A stretch of 64,000 nt of DNA from Eledone cirrhosa (GCA_964016885.1 OZ024741.1:121954001-122018000); one strand, 5' to 3'; shown: positions 13,574 through 28,737, counted from the stretch's first letter. The notes: generated by a model from the sequence alone, not told the origin. Numbers and translations: made by a program.

Positions 13574-13967
13574 GAGAGAGTGTAAGAGAATAATCGAGAG
13601 CGGGGAAGGAGATAAGTAGATAGAGACAGAGAATGTATGATGAAAGTTAGAACAGGTAGGATACAGGTAGTGTGGGTATAGAATATACATCTATACAGGT
13701 ACGGGGCGGTAGCTCTTAAATAACAAGATTAATTAATTAATTAATTAAAAATTACTTTATTAATTAATGAATTAATTACATCCTTCCTTCCCGCCCCGTA
13801 TCACACACCTGCTTCTCTGTCTATCCATTCTTTCACTCTTACCTTCTACCCCCCCCCCCCAGTCCCCTTCTTTCATACACACCCACGCCCGAAGAGGCAT
13901 TTGTTTGTGGTATTTGTGTCTCTTTCACCTTCTCTCTTTCTTGCTCCCGGCCCTGATTTCGTGTCAG

Positions 13968-14063
13968 GGTGGAGGAGTAATGTTGGTGGCTGTAATAATC
14001 TGGTTTGCGTTTCGAGACCTGGCCATTTACCTTTTGGACCTGTATGATCAGCACGCCGCCAAG
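13968..14063 (+). CDS. Probable internal coding exon of a host membrane-protein gene (GGGVMLVAVIIWFAFRDLAIYLLDLYDQHAAK)
   Basis: Pyrimidine tract plus CAG acceptor (AG 13966-13967), strong AAG|GTAAGT donor (14064), 96 nt open in phase 0, hydrophobic segment, non-repetitive sequence. Confidence 0.65.
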
Positions 14064-14264
14064 GTAAGTGGCAATGTTTACACAACACAACTATCACGTA
14101 ACACATCACTTCTGATGTATGTATTATATACTAGAGAGGAAGGTACTGCTAGTGTCACACTATTAGAACCGGCAATGATAAATGTACAACAAGTTTTATG
14201 ATGTGTGGATCACACTTTATACGTTAAAATTACACAGAGACACACACACAGATACACACACACG

Positions 14265-14340
<76 letters not shown>

Positions 14341-14377
14341 CACACACACATGCACACACACATGCACACACACACAT

Positions 14378-14453
<76 letters not shown>

Positions 14454-14792
14454 ATATACACATAGTAGAGGGGGAGGAGTTGATGACATGAGGGATCGAA
14501 AGATATATAGATATGAGATCGAGGAGAAGGGAGAGAGAGGATGGGTGGGAGGAAACAACGTTACTCTTAATATTTCTGTATCTTATACATTCTCGTTTTC
14601 ACTTTTTCACTTTTTCTTTGTTATATATGTTATACATACACTCACAGATATGTATAGTTAGCACCCCAAACGTATAATTGGGATTATACTAAGGTATATC
14701 CTAATGTTTGTTGAGTGAGACGGAAGCCGGTCGGAGTATTGATTAAAACTTTCTCTGTTATTGTATTAAATATATATATATATATATATATA

Positions 14793-14925
14793 TGCAAAAG
14801 TTTTATTTAAGATTGTTGGGTTACAACGAGTAAATATTTTATAACTGATATAAAAGCACTCAACAGTTTCTGGAGTAGGTTTACGATATTAAACAAATGG
14901 AAACTATATTTATATTTATAAAATC
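14793..14925 (-). mobile_element. PLE 3' terminus with ~90-nt tail (family of 15770-17935)
   Basis: 14883-14925 duplicates 15771-15813 and continues into a tail that joins (TA)n. Confidence 0.65.
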
Positions 14926-15079
14926 TGATTTGCTAAGCTGTCTGAACGTAATGTTATTACTCTCGGGTCTTTCCTCATCTGAGTGCTCAAGCTACAGACC
15001 GATTATGCATATACACTAGCTTGGCCGTATTCTAAAGCTTCGTCAATGCTGTACTAAAATTTATATATATACACACACA

Positions 15080-15122
<43 letters not shown>

Positions 15123-15123
<1 letters not shown>

Positions 15124-15652
15124 TGTATACTGATTAATGTTCAGAGCCATCCTCAGCATTCTCGTGTAGCATCCATCCACCATCTGAGCGAGTTTCTTGG
15201 TCAGTGTCCAAGTCTCAGACCCCTACAGCAGCACAGAATCTACTACAGCAATGAAGAGGCGGATTTTCAGGTCTTTACGAAGGTCCGACTTCCACACCGA
15301 CCTCAAGCTGTGGCACGCCGCCCAGGCTTTGCTCTTCCTCTCAGTATACACTGAGGATGAAAAACTCAGAGCTGTATGGGAGCCTCCCAAAAGTCAGCTC
15401 AAAAGTGACACAGAGGAGACTGAGGTTAGCTGGACATGCTCACCGACATCCAGAGTTGACATTGCACTCAGTGCTCCTGTGAGAGCCCCTACATGGACAC
15501 ACTGGAAGAGGAAGATCAAGGTTAACGTATGTTGATGCCCTAAGGACAGACACTGGCCTGTTGGGGATGCAGGACATGGCAGCGATAATGAGGGACAGAG
15601 ATCGCTGGAGAGAATTCGTCCATGGATCTCGGGAATTTTACCCGCCCTAGAG
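15123..15652 (+). mobile_element. RTE-type LINE 3' fragment with inverted 5' part (mirrored at ~19908-20437)
   Basis: Minus part: KAWAACHSLRSVWKSDL...SVLL*GSETWTLTKK...DGCYTRMLRMALNINQY. Plus part continues QYTLRMKNSELYGSLPKVS...RRLRLAGHAHRH...DRDRWR. Confidence 0.85.
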
Positions 15653-15769
15653 ATATATATATGAAAAATGGCGTGCTGCGTGGTTGCACATGGGTTACAT
15701 ATGAATAAAATTAGTCCTTCATCAGTGATCTTCCAACCTTCATTGGTATTTCTTCGCTATATATATATA

Positions 15770-17935
15770 TACGATATTAAACAAATGGAAACTATATTTA
15801 TATTTATAAAATCATATTTATTTCGTTATATATATTTCTGGGATATCATATTAAAAATATGTTATGCCTTCCTCAGACAAAATACAATACATAAGCTGTT
15901 TTATAAATAATTAGTGACATACCTTGTGATAATGCAACTTCCTTTTAAAAAGTTGATTTGGTAGTGAAACTGTTATGATAGTTATATAGAAAGAAAACGA
16001 AGATGAGAAGAAGAAGATGAAGAGATGTATGCAAATAAAAAAAAGAAGAAGATGAAGAGATGTATGCAAATAAAAAAAAGAAGAAGATGAAGAGATGTAT
16101 GCAAAGAAAAACAACGGAGCGAGATAGAGAGACAAGGAGAGAGAGAAATACATTGATGGTGAAAAAACATAGTAGGTTGCTTTTTGACAGATGATCATCG
16201 TATATGTGAGAGGTTAAGGGAAGGGATACAGTTAAATTAGTGTATAGGAGAAAAAGAAAGAAAGATGATATATTTAAAATATATTAAAAATATATTATGT
16301 CTCATCCATTTGAATTATCAATTTTTATGAATTAGGTATTATAATGTAAATATCAGTATTCATGAATGAGACACATATCCATAATGTGTGAAAAAAATGA
16401 CCACATGCTCAGTTAAAAATTCTTAGGTCTATAAGCAAAATCTGAGATAAAACTTCAAACATAAGTATATATGCATTCTCGTGAAAAAAGAGAAAAGAGA
16501 AGGTTATCTCAAATTCAAGTTGATAAATATAGACGCACATGTGAACCTACGTGATACGCTGCACTGATTCTTATATTTCATGAAAAACTTCAATGCGTTA
16601 GAAAAGATTAGAAAAGATTCCACCCTACATACATTTACATACATATATACATATATATATAGACACAAAACATATAAGATATACATTAACATCTAAAATA
16701 ACATTCCAGCCTCACTTGCATGATCATCGATCAAGCATAGAGTAGACAACAGATATCAATATTAAAATTAAAAACGCCAAGAGTATCTTCGTCACTCCAC
16801 AGAGTATCTAGGGACGCAAGAGAACATAGTATGCCACGCATATCGGTCATAGAATCAGAGTCAAAAGCAAACAAAACCAAAATTGTTCATCAAGCCTTAT
16901 TTAGCAGAAATCATTCAAAACTTATTCTACAAATGCTCTTATATTTATTATAGAAGTTTATCCAGCTTAAAAATGCATTCAAAAGATTGGGGACAACGCC
17001 AATTATAGGGTAGTTTATTTAATCTCATTAATTATATATTCATGCAGAAAGGTTTTAAAAAAATTTAAGGAATCGAAAGATTTATCTCCAAGTATCACAA
17101 ATAGTCAAATACCTTAAGTAAATATACTACATTTTAAATTGATATTTATATTTAAATGTTGAGTTCAATCTATGTCTGCAACAGCTGAATAAATTGGTTC
17201 GTAAATTAAGGGAATTTTTAGATTTTAATATAAAGAATATCTCCTCCGCGCAGAAGTCACAAGTCTCAGAAGAGGAATTAAACGGAATCCCTTTTGAGAC
17301 TATATTCCAGACCATCGAATATCCAACTTTATCATGCTTAAGTTGCCAGAGTAACCCTGACAGCGATGTTGAGGATTTTTTATTTGGATCCGTGAAAGAG
17401 TTTTTGTGATTATTATAGCGAAGTTTAAATTCTGTCGAGGTGGAACCAACATAATTAAAAGAATTTAAATCAGTTCTAACATTACAGTTGTATATTATAT
17501 TTTTAACTAAGCAATTGTTATTTAGCGGACATTTAGATCTATCTCTACAGTTACAGTTTTTTAGTTGAATATTGTTTAGGCTATTTTCGGTATTTTGGCT
17601 AGGTTTTAGATTCCTATTATTTATTCTATTAATATTTTGTGCTAAATTTTTGGTGGACGAGTACGTTAATTTTATAGTATGTCTATTAAAATTGAGTGAT
17701 ACTTATGTGTTCTAGGGAAGCGTTTGTCAAGAGCATTAAAAAATAGTTTAGCGATGTGGGTTTTAATGTTTAGTGAGAAAGGGGAGGGGGGGCAAACCAT
17801 ATTATATTTCTAGTTCTATTTCTTTTCTGGTTTTTGAAATTATTGTAGTGCTTTCTATTATAGTTGTTAAAGTTGTTACTGTAATTAAAATTGTTGTTAT
17901 TTTGGTTAGTTTGTCTATTATCGATGTACATTATT
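15770..17935 (-). mobile_element. 5'-truncated PLE (GIY-YIG remnant, 3' UTR, hammerhead), left arm
   Basis: RNIIWFAPP, CNC-CPL-C, IIYNC...YVGST, CDFC motifs, with frameshift(s) in the 5' extension; HHR at 15820-15883. Confidence 0.85.
15820..15883 (-). ncRNA. Type I hammerhead ribozyme motif (mirror of 19677-19740)
   Basis: Reverse complement of the + copy. Confidence 0.75.
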
Positions 17936-17936
17936 A

Positions 17937-19790
17937 TCGTCCACCAAAAATTTAGCACAAAATATTAATAGAATAAATAATAGGAATCTAAAACCTAGCC
18001 AAAATACCGAAAATAGCCTAAACAATATTCAACTAAAAAACTGTAACTGTAGAGATAGATCTAAATGTCCGCTAAATAACAATTGCTTAGTTAAAAATAT
18101 AATATACAACTGTAATGTTAGAACTGATTTAAATTCTTTTAATTATGTTGGTTCCACCTCGACAGAATTTAAACTTCGCTATAATAATCACAAAAACTCT
18201 TTCACGGATCCAAATAAAAAATCCTCAACATCGCTGTCAGGGTTACTCTGGCAACTTAAGCATGATAAAGTTGGATATTCGATGGTCTGGAATATAGTCT
18301 CAAAAGGGATTCCTTTTAATTCCTCTTCTGAGACTTGTGACCTCTGCGCGGAGGAGATATTCTTTATATTAAAATCTAAAAATTCCCTTAATTTACGAAC
18401 CAATTTATTCAGCTGTTGCAGACATAGATTGAACTCAACATTTAAATATAAATATCAATTTAAAATGTAGTATATTTACTTAAGGTATTTGACTATTTGT
18501 GATACTTGGAGATAAATCTTTCGATTCCTTAAATATTTTTAAAACCTTTCTGCATGAATATATAATTAATGAGATTAAATAAACTACCCTATAATTGGCG
18601 TTGTCCCCAATCTTTTGAATGCATTTTTAAGCTGGATAAACTTCTATAATAAATATAAGAGCATTTGTAGAATAAGTTTTGAATGATTTCTGCTAAATAA
18701 GGCTTGATGAACAATTTTGGTTTTGTTTGCTTTTGACTCTGATTCTATGACCGATATGCGTGGCATACTATGTTCTCTTGCGTCCCTAGATACTCTGTGG
18801 AGTGACGAAGATACTCTTGGCGTTTTTAATTTTAATATTGATATCTGTTGTCTACTCTATGCTTGATCGATGATCATGCAAGTGAGGCTGGAATGTTATT
18901 TTAGATGTTAATGTATATCTTATATGTTTTGTGTCTATATATATGTATATATGTATGTAAATGTATGTAGGGTGGAATCTTTTCTAATCTTTTCTAACGC
19001 ATTGAAGTTTTTCATGAAATATAAGAATCAGTGCAGCGTATCACGTAGGTTCACATGTGCGTCTATATTTATCAACTTGAATTTGAGATAACCTTCTCTT
19101 TTCTCTTTTTTCACGAGAATGCATATATACTTATGTTTGAAGTTTTATCTCAGATTTTGCTTATAGACCTAAGAATTTTTAACTGAGCATGTGGTCATTT
19201 TTTTCACACATTATGGATATGTGTCTCATTCATGAATACTGATATTTACATTATAATACCTAATTCATAAAAATTGATAATTCAAATGGATGAGACATAA
19301 TATATTTTTAATATATTTTAAATATATCATCTTTCTTTCTTTTTCTCCTATACACTAGTTTAACTGTATCCCTTCCCTTAACCTCTCACATATACGATGA
19401 TCATCTGTCAAAAAGCAACCTACTATGTTTTTTCACCATCAATGTATTTCTCTCTCTCCTTGTCTCTCTATCTCGCTCCGTTGTTTTTCTTTGCATACAT
19501 CTCTTCATCTTCTTCTTTTTTTTATTTGCATACATCTCTTCATCTTCTTCTTCTCATCTTCGTTTTCTTTCTATATAACTATCATAACAGTTTCACTACC
19601 AAATCAACTTTTTAAAAGGAAGTTGCATTATCACAAGGTATGTCACTAATTATTTATAAAACAGCTTATGTATTGTATTTTGTCTGAGGAAGGCATAACA
19701 TATTTTTAATATGATATCCCAGAAATATATATAACGAAATAAATATGATTTTATAAATATAAATATAGTTTCCATTTGTTTAATATCGTA
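17937..19790 (+). mobile_element. 5'-truncated PLE, right arm; open frame 17937-18470 encodes GIY-YIG domain
   Basis: SSTKNLAQ...CNCRDRSKCPLNNNCLVKNIIYNCNVRTDLNSFNYVGSTSTEFKLRYNNH...CDLCAEE; ends aatatcgta(TA)n. Confidence 0.85.
19677..19740 (+). ncRNA. Type I hammerhead ribozyme motif
   Basis: auuuugu CUGAGGA [stem II with cauauu/aauaug] GAAA uauaua UA acgaaau. Stem I of 7 bp; predicted cleavage after 19733. Confidence 0.75.
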
Positions 19791-20860
19791 TATATATATA
19801 TAGCGAAGAAATACCAATGAAGGTTGGAAGATCACTGATGAAGGACTAATTTTATTCATATGTAACCCATGTGCAACCACGCAGCACGCCATTTTTCATA
19901 TATATATCTCTAGGGCGGGTAAAATTCCCGAGATCCATGGACGAATTCTCTCCAGCGATCTCTGTCCCTCATTATCGCTGCCATGTCCTGCATCCCCAAC
20001 AGGCCAGTGTCTGTCCTTAGGGCATCAACATACGTTAACCTTGATCTTCCTCTTCCAGTGTGTCCATGTAGGGGCTCTCACAGGAGCACTGAGTGCAATG
20101 TCAACTCTGGATGTCGGTGAGCATGTCCAGCCAACCTCAGTCTCCTCTGTGTCACTTTTGAGCTGACTTTTGGGAGGCTCCCATACAGCTCTGAGTTTTT
20201 CATCCTCAGTGTATACTGAGAGGAAGAGCAAAGCCTGGGCGGCGTGCCACAGCTTGAGGTCGGTGTGGAAGTCGGACCTTCGTAAAGACCTGAAAATCCG
20301 CCTCTTCATTGCTGTAGTAGATTCTGTGCTGCTGTAGGGGTCTGAGACTTGGACACTGACCAAGAAACTCGCTCAGATGGTGGATGGATGCTACACGAGA
20401 ATGCTGAGGATGGCTCTGAACATTAATCAGTATACATTCATATATATATATATATATATATAAATATGTGTGTGTATATATATAAATTTTAGTACAGCAT
20501 TGACGAAGCTTTAGAATACGGCCAAGCTAGTGTATATGCATAATCGGTCTGTAGCTTGAGCACTCAGATGAGGAAAGACCCGAGAGTAATAACATTACGT
20601 TCAGACAGCTTAGCAAATCAGATATAGCGGTCGGCAGTCCAGCCGCATCACTAGAGCAACGAAAATACAGGACCCAGGAAAAGATTTTATACTGACCCGG
20701 ACATAGTGGTGAGGCTGAGTGCAAAATATATAACTTACATCGTATATCAACAATACAGATCACATATAGCATCCAACATCAGCGCTAAGTTTCTGCAAAT
20801 CCAAGATCGACAAATTCCTATTGCAGGAGTCTGCAATATAATGGTTTTTGACGACAGAAC

Positions 20861-20968
<108 letters not shown>

Positions 20969-21148
20969 TATGCATATATAATGCATCATATATATATATA
21001 TATATAATATTAATAATATGGAACAGCAGGACCGAAGTATAAATATAGCATCGTTATGATTATTCAAACGTCACGCGCGTTTGATATATATATGTATATA
21101 TGTGTGTGTGTGTGTGTACATACATACATACATACATACATACATACA

Positions 21149-21181
<33 letters not shown>

Positions 21182-21476
21182 CTATATCTATCTATCTATA
21201 TAGAATAGAAAACAAAAAAATCATTGATGTATCTGAACTTAATTTATTGTGTTACAATTGACGTGTCCGTTGAACCTGCGGGTCCAGAATCAAACAGATC
21301 CACCAAATGATCGCGTCTCGAGCTGTCCGCCGGCGAAACAATTGTAACACACAATAAATTGAGTTCAGATGCATCACTGATTTTTCGTTTTCTATTCTAT
21401 CATACTCTGCTCTGTAAGAGCATAGAGTGCTCAACCGGCATACAGCCTATGGAAGCATCTTAGCTACCAACAGACA

Positions 21477-21543
<67 letters not shown>

Positions 21544-21654
21544 ATATCTCTCTCTCTATATATATATATTGCATTTCGAGAGAATGATGTTGCCAATAAA
21601 AACACACACGCCAGCTGAGTTCCACTTCGGTTTTTCTTTACTAATCAAGTTATT

Positions 21655-22215
21655 TAGGGTGGTGGATTAACATTCGTTAGAACATCGGAGAACATGTTTT
21701 GCGGCATATGTTATAAATCTTTACACCCCACTGAGTTCAACGTTGATTTTCGTCCTTCCGGATTGAATAACATAAAGTACCAGTCATGTACTGAGGGGTT
21801 ACCTTCCCCTCAAATTGCCGACCTTGCACCCAGATTAGAAATAATTATTAGTCAGGTAAGGGTAGTGGATTGGCAGTATCGGTAGAGCGTCAGCCACTAT
21901 GCTTTGCAGCATAGAGTTATGGCCCTTTACATACTGATTTCAAATTGCCTTCCATCCTTACGGGGTCGATAAAGTAAAGCACCAGTAATGTCCTGGAGTA
22001 ATTGCTGGTCTTGTGCCAAAAGTAGAAATAATTATTAGTCAGGTAACTAATCCATTCATTATTTGCTTTGATGCATAGAGTTACGGCCCTTGCCATTCTG
22101 AGTTCAAATCCCGCCTAGGTTGACTTTGCCTTTCATCCTTACAGGGTCGATAAAATAAAGTACCAGTAATGCACTGACATAATTGCTGGCCTTGTGCCAA
22201 AAGTAGAAACAATTA
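21655..22215 (+). mobile_element. Cluster of three SINE family 1 copies
   Basis: Repeated A/B-box heads and conserved bodies. Confidence 0.8.
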
Positions 22216-22524
22216 TTTGGTTTACCAACCGAATAGTATCTAATTGTCAAAGCTCTTTTGTCACACATGGTGTGACATTATCAATTACGTATTTTTCCTC
22301 CTGTATTTCCTCCTCATTTCAATTTTGTTCCAATTACTCCATCTGTTATACATATAACTTATATTCTAAAAAAATTGTTATCGTTTTCTTAACATTTAAT
22401 GACCTATTTTTTATTACTATACTGGTCTAAAAATACGCTATTTTCCACACTTTACACAATACTTCAAGTAAATAACAACATTCTCTTACTCTACCCCATC
22501 GGTATATATATATAGATATATACA

Positions 22525-22608
<84 letters not shown>

Positions 22609-22682
22609 CGTAAATTATAAAATTAACTTACTTACTACTTGATATGCATCTGTATGTATATATATGTTACTAGATATATTAA

Positions 22683-22769
<87 letters not shown>

Positions 22770-22790
22770 TACATATACATATATATATAC

Positions 22791-22823
<33 letters not shown>

Positions 22824-22824
22824 C

Positions 22825-22881
<57 letters not shown>

Positions 22882-22883
<2 letters not shown>

Positions 22884-22988
22884 TTGTTATACTTTGGGAG
22901 GGTCATGTTGCCAATAAGTATAACAATATCGGTTTCAACACACGATTTCAGATAAAGAATCTTGCTAAACAAATTCAGAAACGAAATA
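22882..22988. mobile_element. Head-to-head PLE-type 3' ends (family of 38207-38587)
   Basis: attgttatactttgggagggtcatgttgccaata joined to agtataacaatatcggtttcaacac...cagaaacgaaa(TA)n. Confidence 0.75.
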
Positions 22989-23244
22989 TATATATATACA
23001 TATATATATATACATATATATACATATACATATATTTATACATATATTTATACATATATTTATACATATATATATACATATATATATATAGAGAGAGATT
23101 TTGAGTTTATGTTTGTTGTATACCAACACCCTAGTATGCAGGCTGGAGCACTCGACGAAGTGCGCAGGTTGGTTTGGTTACTCCGGAGTAGTGTAAAATA
23201 AAGTTAAATAAAAGTCAAATGATTAAAATTTAGCTTCGTTTATT

Positions 23245-23299
23245 ACTGCTATATATATTTCAGTGACAGCCATCTTTGGCTGTGACCTCTTCAGGCAGT
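23245..23299 (-). ncRNA. Type I hammerhead ribozyme motif (mirror of 23429-23483)
   Basis: Reverse complement of the + copy. Confidence 0.8.
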
Positions 23300-23428
23300 T
23301 TGAATTAGTATGGTATAGACAAGTACATATGTTGTTTAGGTGTATAATATTGTCAATGCTCCAGTTCCTCATTGAAATAACAACCCAACAAGGAACTGGG
23401 CATAAAAGAGTATTGACAATATTATCAA

Positions 23429-23483
23429 ACTGCCTGAAGAGGTCACAGCCAAAGATGGCTGTCACTGAAATATATATAGCAGT
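23429..23483 (+). ncRNA. Type I hammerhead ribozyme motif
   Basis: acugc CUGAAGA ggucacagcc aaagau ggcugucacu GAAA uauaua UA gcagu. Confidence 0.8.
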
Positions 23484-23527
23484 AATAAACGAAGCTAAAT
23501 TTTAATCATTTGACTTTTATTTAACTT

Positions 23528-23634
<107 letters not shown>

Positions 23635-23665
23635 ATTATTTATATATATATATATATATATATAA

Positions 23666-23773
<108 letters not shown>

Positions 23774-23805
23774 TGTATATATCTATATATATATACCGAT
23801 GGGGT

Positions 23806-23863
<58 letters not shown>

Positions 23864-23990
23864 CCAAAAGTTAAACCAGGTTCATTGATTAATCAATGAA
23901 TATAGTTTTACAATAGATTAGAACCACTCAACAGTGAAAAAAAAAAATTAATTCTAAATATTAATAAATGTAGACATTCGCGTAATCAAA

Positions 23991-24064
23991 ATATATTTTA
24001 TTATATATATTTCGGAGGTACTGTACTGTTTTTTTTCACTACGTCCTCATCAGATAAAATATAT
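23991..24064 (-). ncRNA. Type I hammerhead ribozyme motif
   Basis: auauauuuuau CUGAUGA ggacgua...uaccucc GAAA uauaua UA auaaaauauau; 11-bp stem I. Confidence 0.8.
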
Positions 24065-24123
24065 AAATTCATGTATGACATACCTCAACTGTGCTGATGG
24101 TTCAATTCCAGCCTTGGCAGTCA

Positions 24124-24157
<34 letters not shown>

Positions 24158-24287
24158 TTTTTATATATTTATATTTATATTTATTTATATTTATATTTAT
24201 TTATATTTATTTATATATATTTATATTTATTTATATTTATATTTATATTATATATATTTAATTACATAATAAATGACAGAATATAAT

Positions 24288-24360
24288 TATACCATTACCA
24301 AAGGTTTCAAGTAACTAGACGATTCTTACAGAAACGTCCGCCCGTTCATCAGATAAAATA
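24288..24360 (-). ncRNA. Type I hammerhead ribozyme motif (weaker stems I and II)
   Basis: uauuuuau CUGAUGA ...ggacg..cgucu... GAAA cc uuu gg UA augguaua. Confidence 0.6.
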
Positions 24361-24438
24361 ATTATATATAGCTCTGTACTATAAATAGACCACTCTTCTT
24401 TCCTTTACCTTTTCTACGGAAATACTTCACACAGACAT

Positions 24439-24484
<46 letters not shown>

Positions 24485-26328
24485 GCCATCTATCTGAGTT
24501 CAGATACCACCGAGGTCAACGTAAGTATTTATTCTTTCGGTGTCGATAAAATGTACCAGCTCATTGCTGATTCAGCTAATCTTTTCGTTAAGATTTTTGA
24601 TCCGACAAAGGAAAATGGCTTCCAAAATAAGAAAGTAGGCTATGATTTGAGGGAAATCTAGCAAGTCAAGTAGCCCAACAAAGACTCTCTATTACTGGTA
24701 CGAATTCAACATGATTTGATCTTGTTTAACTCTAAACCACCCTAGATCGAATAGATATCTTGTAGAAGTTGTTCCAGTTATGCCAATCACATCATTTTGG
24801 TATATCAGGAGCTACGTTGATCAATATATTTTTATGTCATTAAACATGGTTCTCTTGTCAGACTTCCTGGTATTCGGCCCCTCAGGTTTCATCCTCTAGT
24901 TGCCTTCGACTGCCAGCATGTCAACTATGAGAAGGTCATGTGTGTCATCGGCGGAGAGCAACCGCGCTCCCTCTATTTGATGGCGAGTCAAATAGAAAGG
25001 TGAAATCTGTAAGAGAATTGGTTGCTTTTTATAGCAGGTAAGGCAAAACGAATAGAGTTTTATAACAGGGTGGAATCTATTGTTAGGCAGAGCAGATGAT
25101 ACAGCTTTTTGTCAGAAAACAACTTACTATCTCTCATGTACTTTATAGTTGATTTCTTCGCAATTATGGTTGGTATAAGGACCGGTGTGAGGAGTTGGTA
25201 TGTGGAGAGGTAGAAGGTATGTTATGAAGTGGAAGGAGAGTTTGGACGCAAGGTGTGAAGTATGCAGGATTGGGAGCTACTTTTCTTTGATCATTCAGAG
25301 AAGAAATTTGGTATAAGGTGTGAGGGATTAGTTACTTAGGGAAGATGTGAAAAGTGGTGAAGGGTGAACTGGCAATAGTTTGATTACATCTGTAGATATA
25401 TTCACATAAAATTCGAAGTGTGGTAATATTCGCGTCAGATGAAAATGTAGGTTCTAAAGCTGGGGAAAGGCCCTGGTCAGAGGTAAATTATAAGCTCCTA
25501 AAGCTAGCAATAAACCCAAATCAGATGTGAAATGTAGGCTCCTAAAACTATAATGAGCCCAGAAAAGCTGGAGTATTTAGGCATATAAACTGAGGCTAGA
25601 TTTAAAATGTAGTCCACCAAAGCTGATAATAGTCAGAAACCTGCTGAGAAATGTAAGCCCCATTAGGTCACCTTTCATTAAATATTGAACAACCAGTGAT
25701 AAATACTTGTTTATAAATACATTCTTAGATGAGTTTCTGTTATATACATATATAAATAGTGTACATGCTGTGTATATATAGTGTACATACGTTACTCATA
25801 AGCGCAGAACTGTATAAAAAATACTACAAATCTGAGATAAATATGCGGTCGCTAAATCATATGTCCTCGGCTCCATTGACAATCGCTTTAGTTCTGGACT
25901 GATTATGGCTCAGCTTAGATGTCATAGTGACCCAAATGATGAGATTGAAACAGCTACATTCTAAATCTTCAAGCTACTAACACAATTGTCCAGTCATATA
26001 TCCATTTCTCCTTACATAACGACAATCACTTGCCACACATACACATACACATACACAGACAGACATACACACACATATACATAAACTCATATGTATAGAC
26101 ACACGCACATAGTCACACGCAGACATGCACAAACAATTCATACATATAGTTATACACGTATACACGCAGGGATGGCATGACACTCCTCACTAATACGCAT
26201 AAAGAAACATTACGTTACCGACGTGAACCTAAACAACTAGTGCTCACCCTGATGAACCTACAGTAACTCTGCGTTACACTCCTTGGATATATACATACAT
26301 AATCTCTTTCTCTCTCTCTCTCTCTCTC

Positions 26329-26485
<157 letters not shown>

Positions 26486-26502
26486 GTATATGTATATATA
26501 TA

Positions 26503-26544
<42 letters not shown>

Positions 26545-26562
26545 CTTACATATATATATATA

Positions 26563-26713
26563 TAACAAAGGAATTGTGGTAAGGAACAGGATGGACCATA
26601 ACGCGCCAGAGTACTTAATACTTAGGGTAGTAGAGTGGGAAATAGGAAAAAGTATGACCCCGACGGCAGAGCTCAAGCCGTCTCGACGGCTATTTCTGGA
26701 CTGAATTAGAATT

Positions 26714-26718
<5 letters not shown>
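26563..26718 (-). mobile_element. Short 3'-end copy of the PLE family at 59499-62048
   Basis: Reverse complement of agtccagaa..agccgtcga..cggcttgagc...ggggtc...ccttaccaca tail, flanked by TA. Confidence 0.8.
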
Positions 26719-27950
<1,232 letters not shown>

Positions 27951-28608
27951 AAGATGCTAAAACAATCTCTATATCTCTCATTTATATTTATACTCGGATT
28001 CTTTTCCTAGAGTGCTTAAACTATCTGTGACTAATCCCGGTTTTTTCATAAAAACTGTGATAATTATTGCTATTTTGCTGAACTCCTTTGTAGAGTTTTT
28101 TTTCAGAATGTATTTGACTGCTATTTCTTGTAAATTAAACATTCACTTCCATCCTGACGTCACTAGCCCCGTTTTTTCCTCATGTGCTTTTTCATAAATA
28201 CACATGAAGGCGAACTAGCCAGTTTTAGAATTCCCTTTTTCGGATTATACTACTGTGAGAGCCCTGGTTTCTGTTGAGCTCTGCTGATGAATGAAATCCA
28301 ACCGTGACCATCTCCACTGAAAGTTTTCATGAAATAGTCTTTTAAGACTATACAGAGCATTTGATGTTATTCCAAATTGAAGGATAAGTGTTTCAAACTT
28401 TATTTTATCATGAGTTAAAGGTCTATAGATTTTTCCCTGGATTTTACTAAATTCTGTGGATGAATTTATATCCTGATTCTCTTTTGAGATGAGTTTGAGT
28501 TATTTTTCCTAAATCTTTCGTTAACTACTTTTCCCATCTTGACGTTATAGTCGCATATATGTTATAGAATGCCGTTAGCTTCTTGCTAAAACAATCTCTA
28601 TACCTCTC

Positions 28609-28737
<129 letters not shown>

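Larger units (their letters stand above)
14923..20623. repeat. Large inverted repeat; arms ~14923-17660 and ~17937-20623 (~2.7 kb), spacer ~276 bp
   Basis: Mirror-image sequence and mirrored ORFs (15197/20363, 15668/19892, 17127/18470), with a few substitutions and one repeat-unit indel. Confidence 0.95.

Noticed and set aside
24070-24130. Possible SECIS-like element on the minus strand (ATGA...AA...TGAG) between two hammerheads
   Set aside because: Helix II does not pair in register with the GA quartet, and no linked ORF with an in-frame TGA was seen.
24980-25400. Possible decayed LINE RT on the minus strand
   Set aside because: Composition is suggestive, but no clear motif could be translated.
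26240-26290. CTGATGA motif (also at ~28284, ~57562; CTGACGA at ~30805)
   Set aside because: No downstream stem II plus GAAA and cleavage triplet could be drawn.
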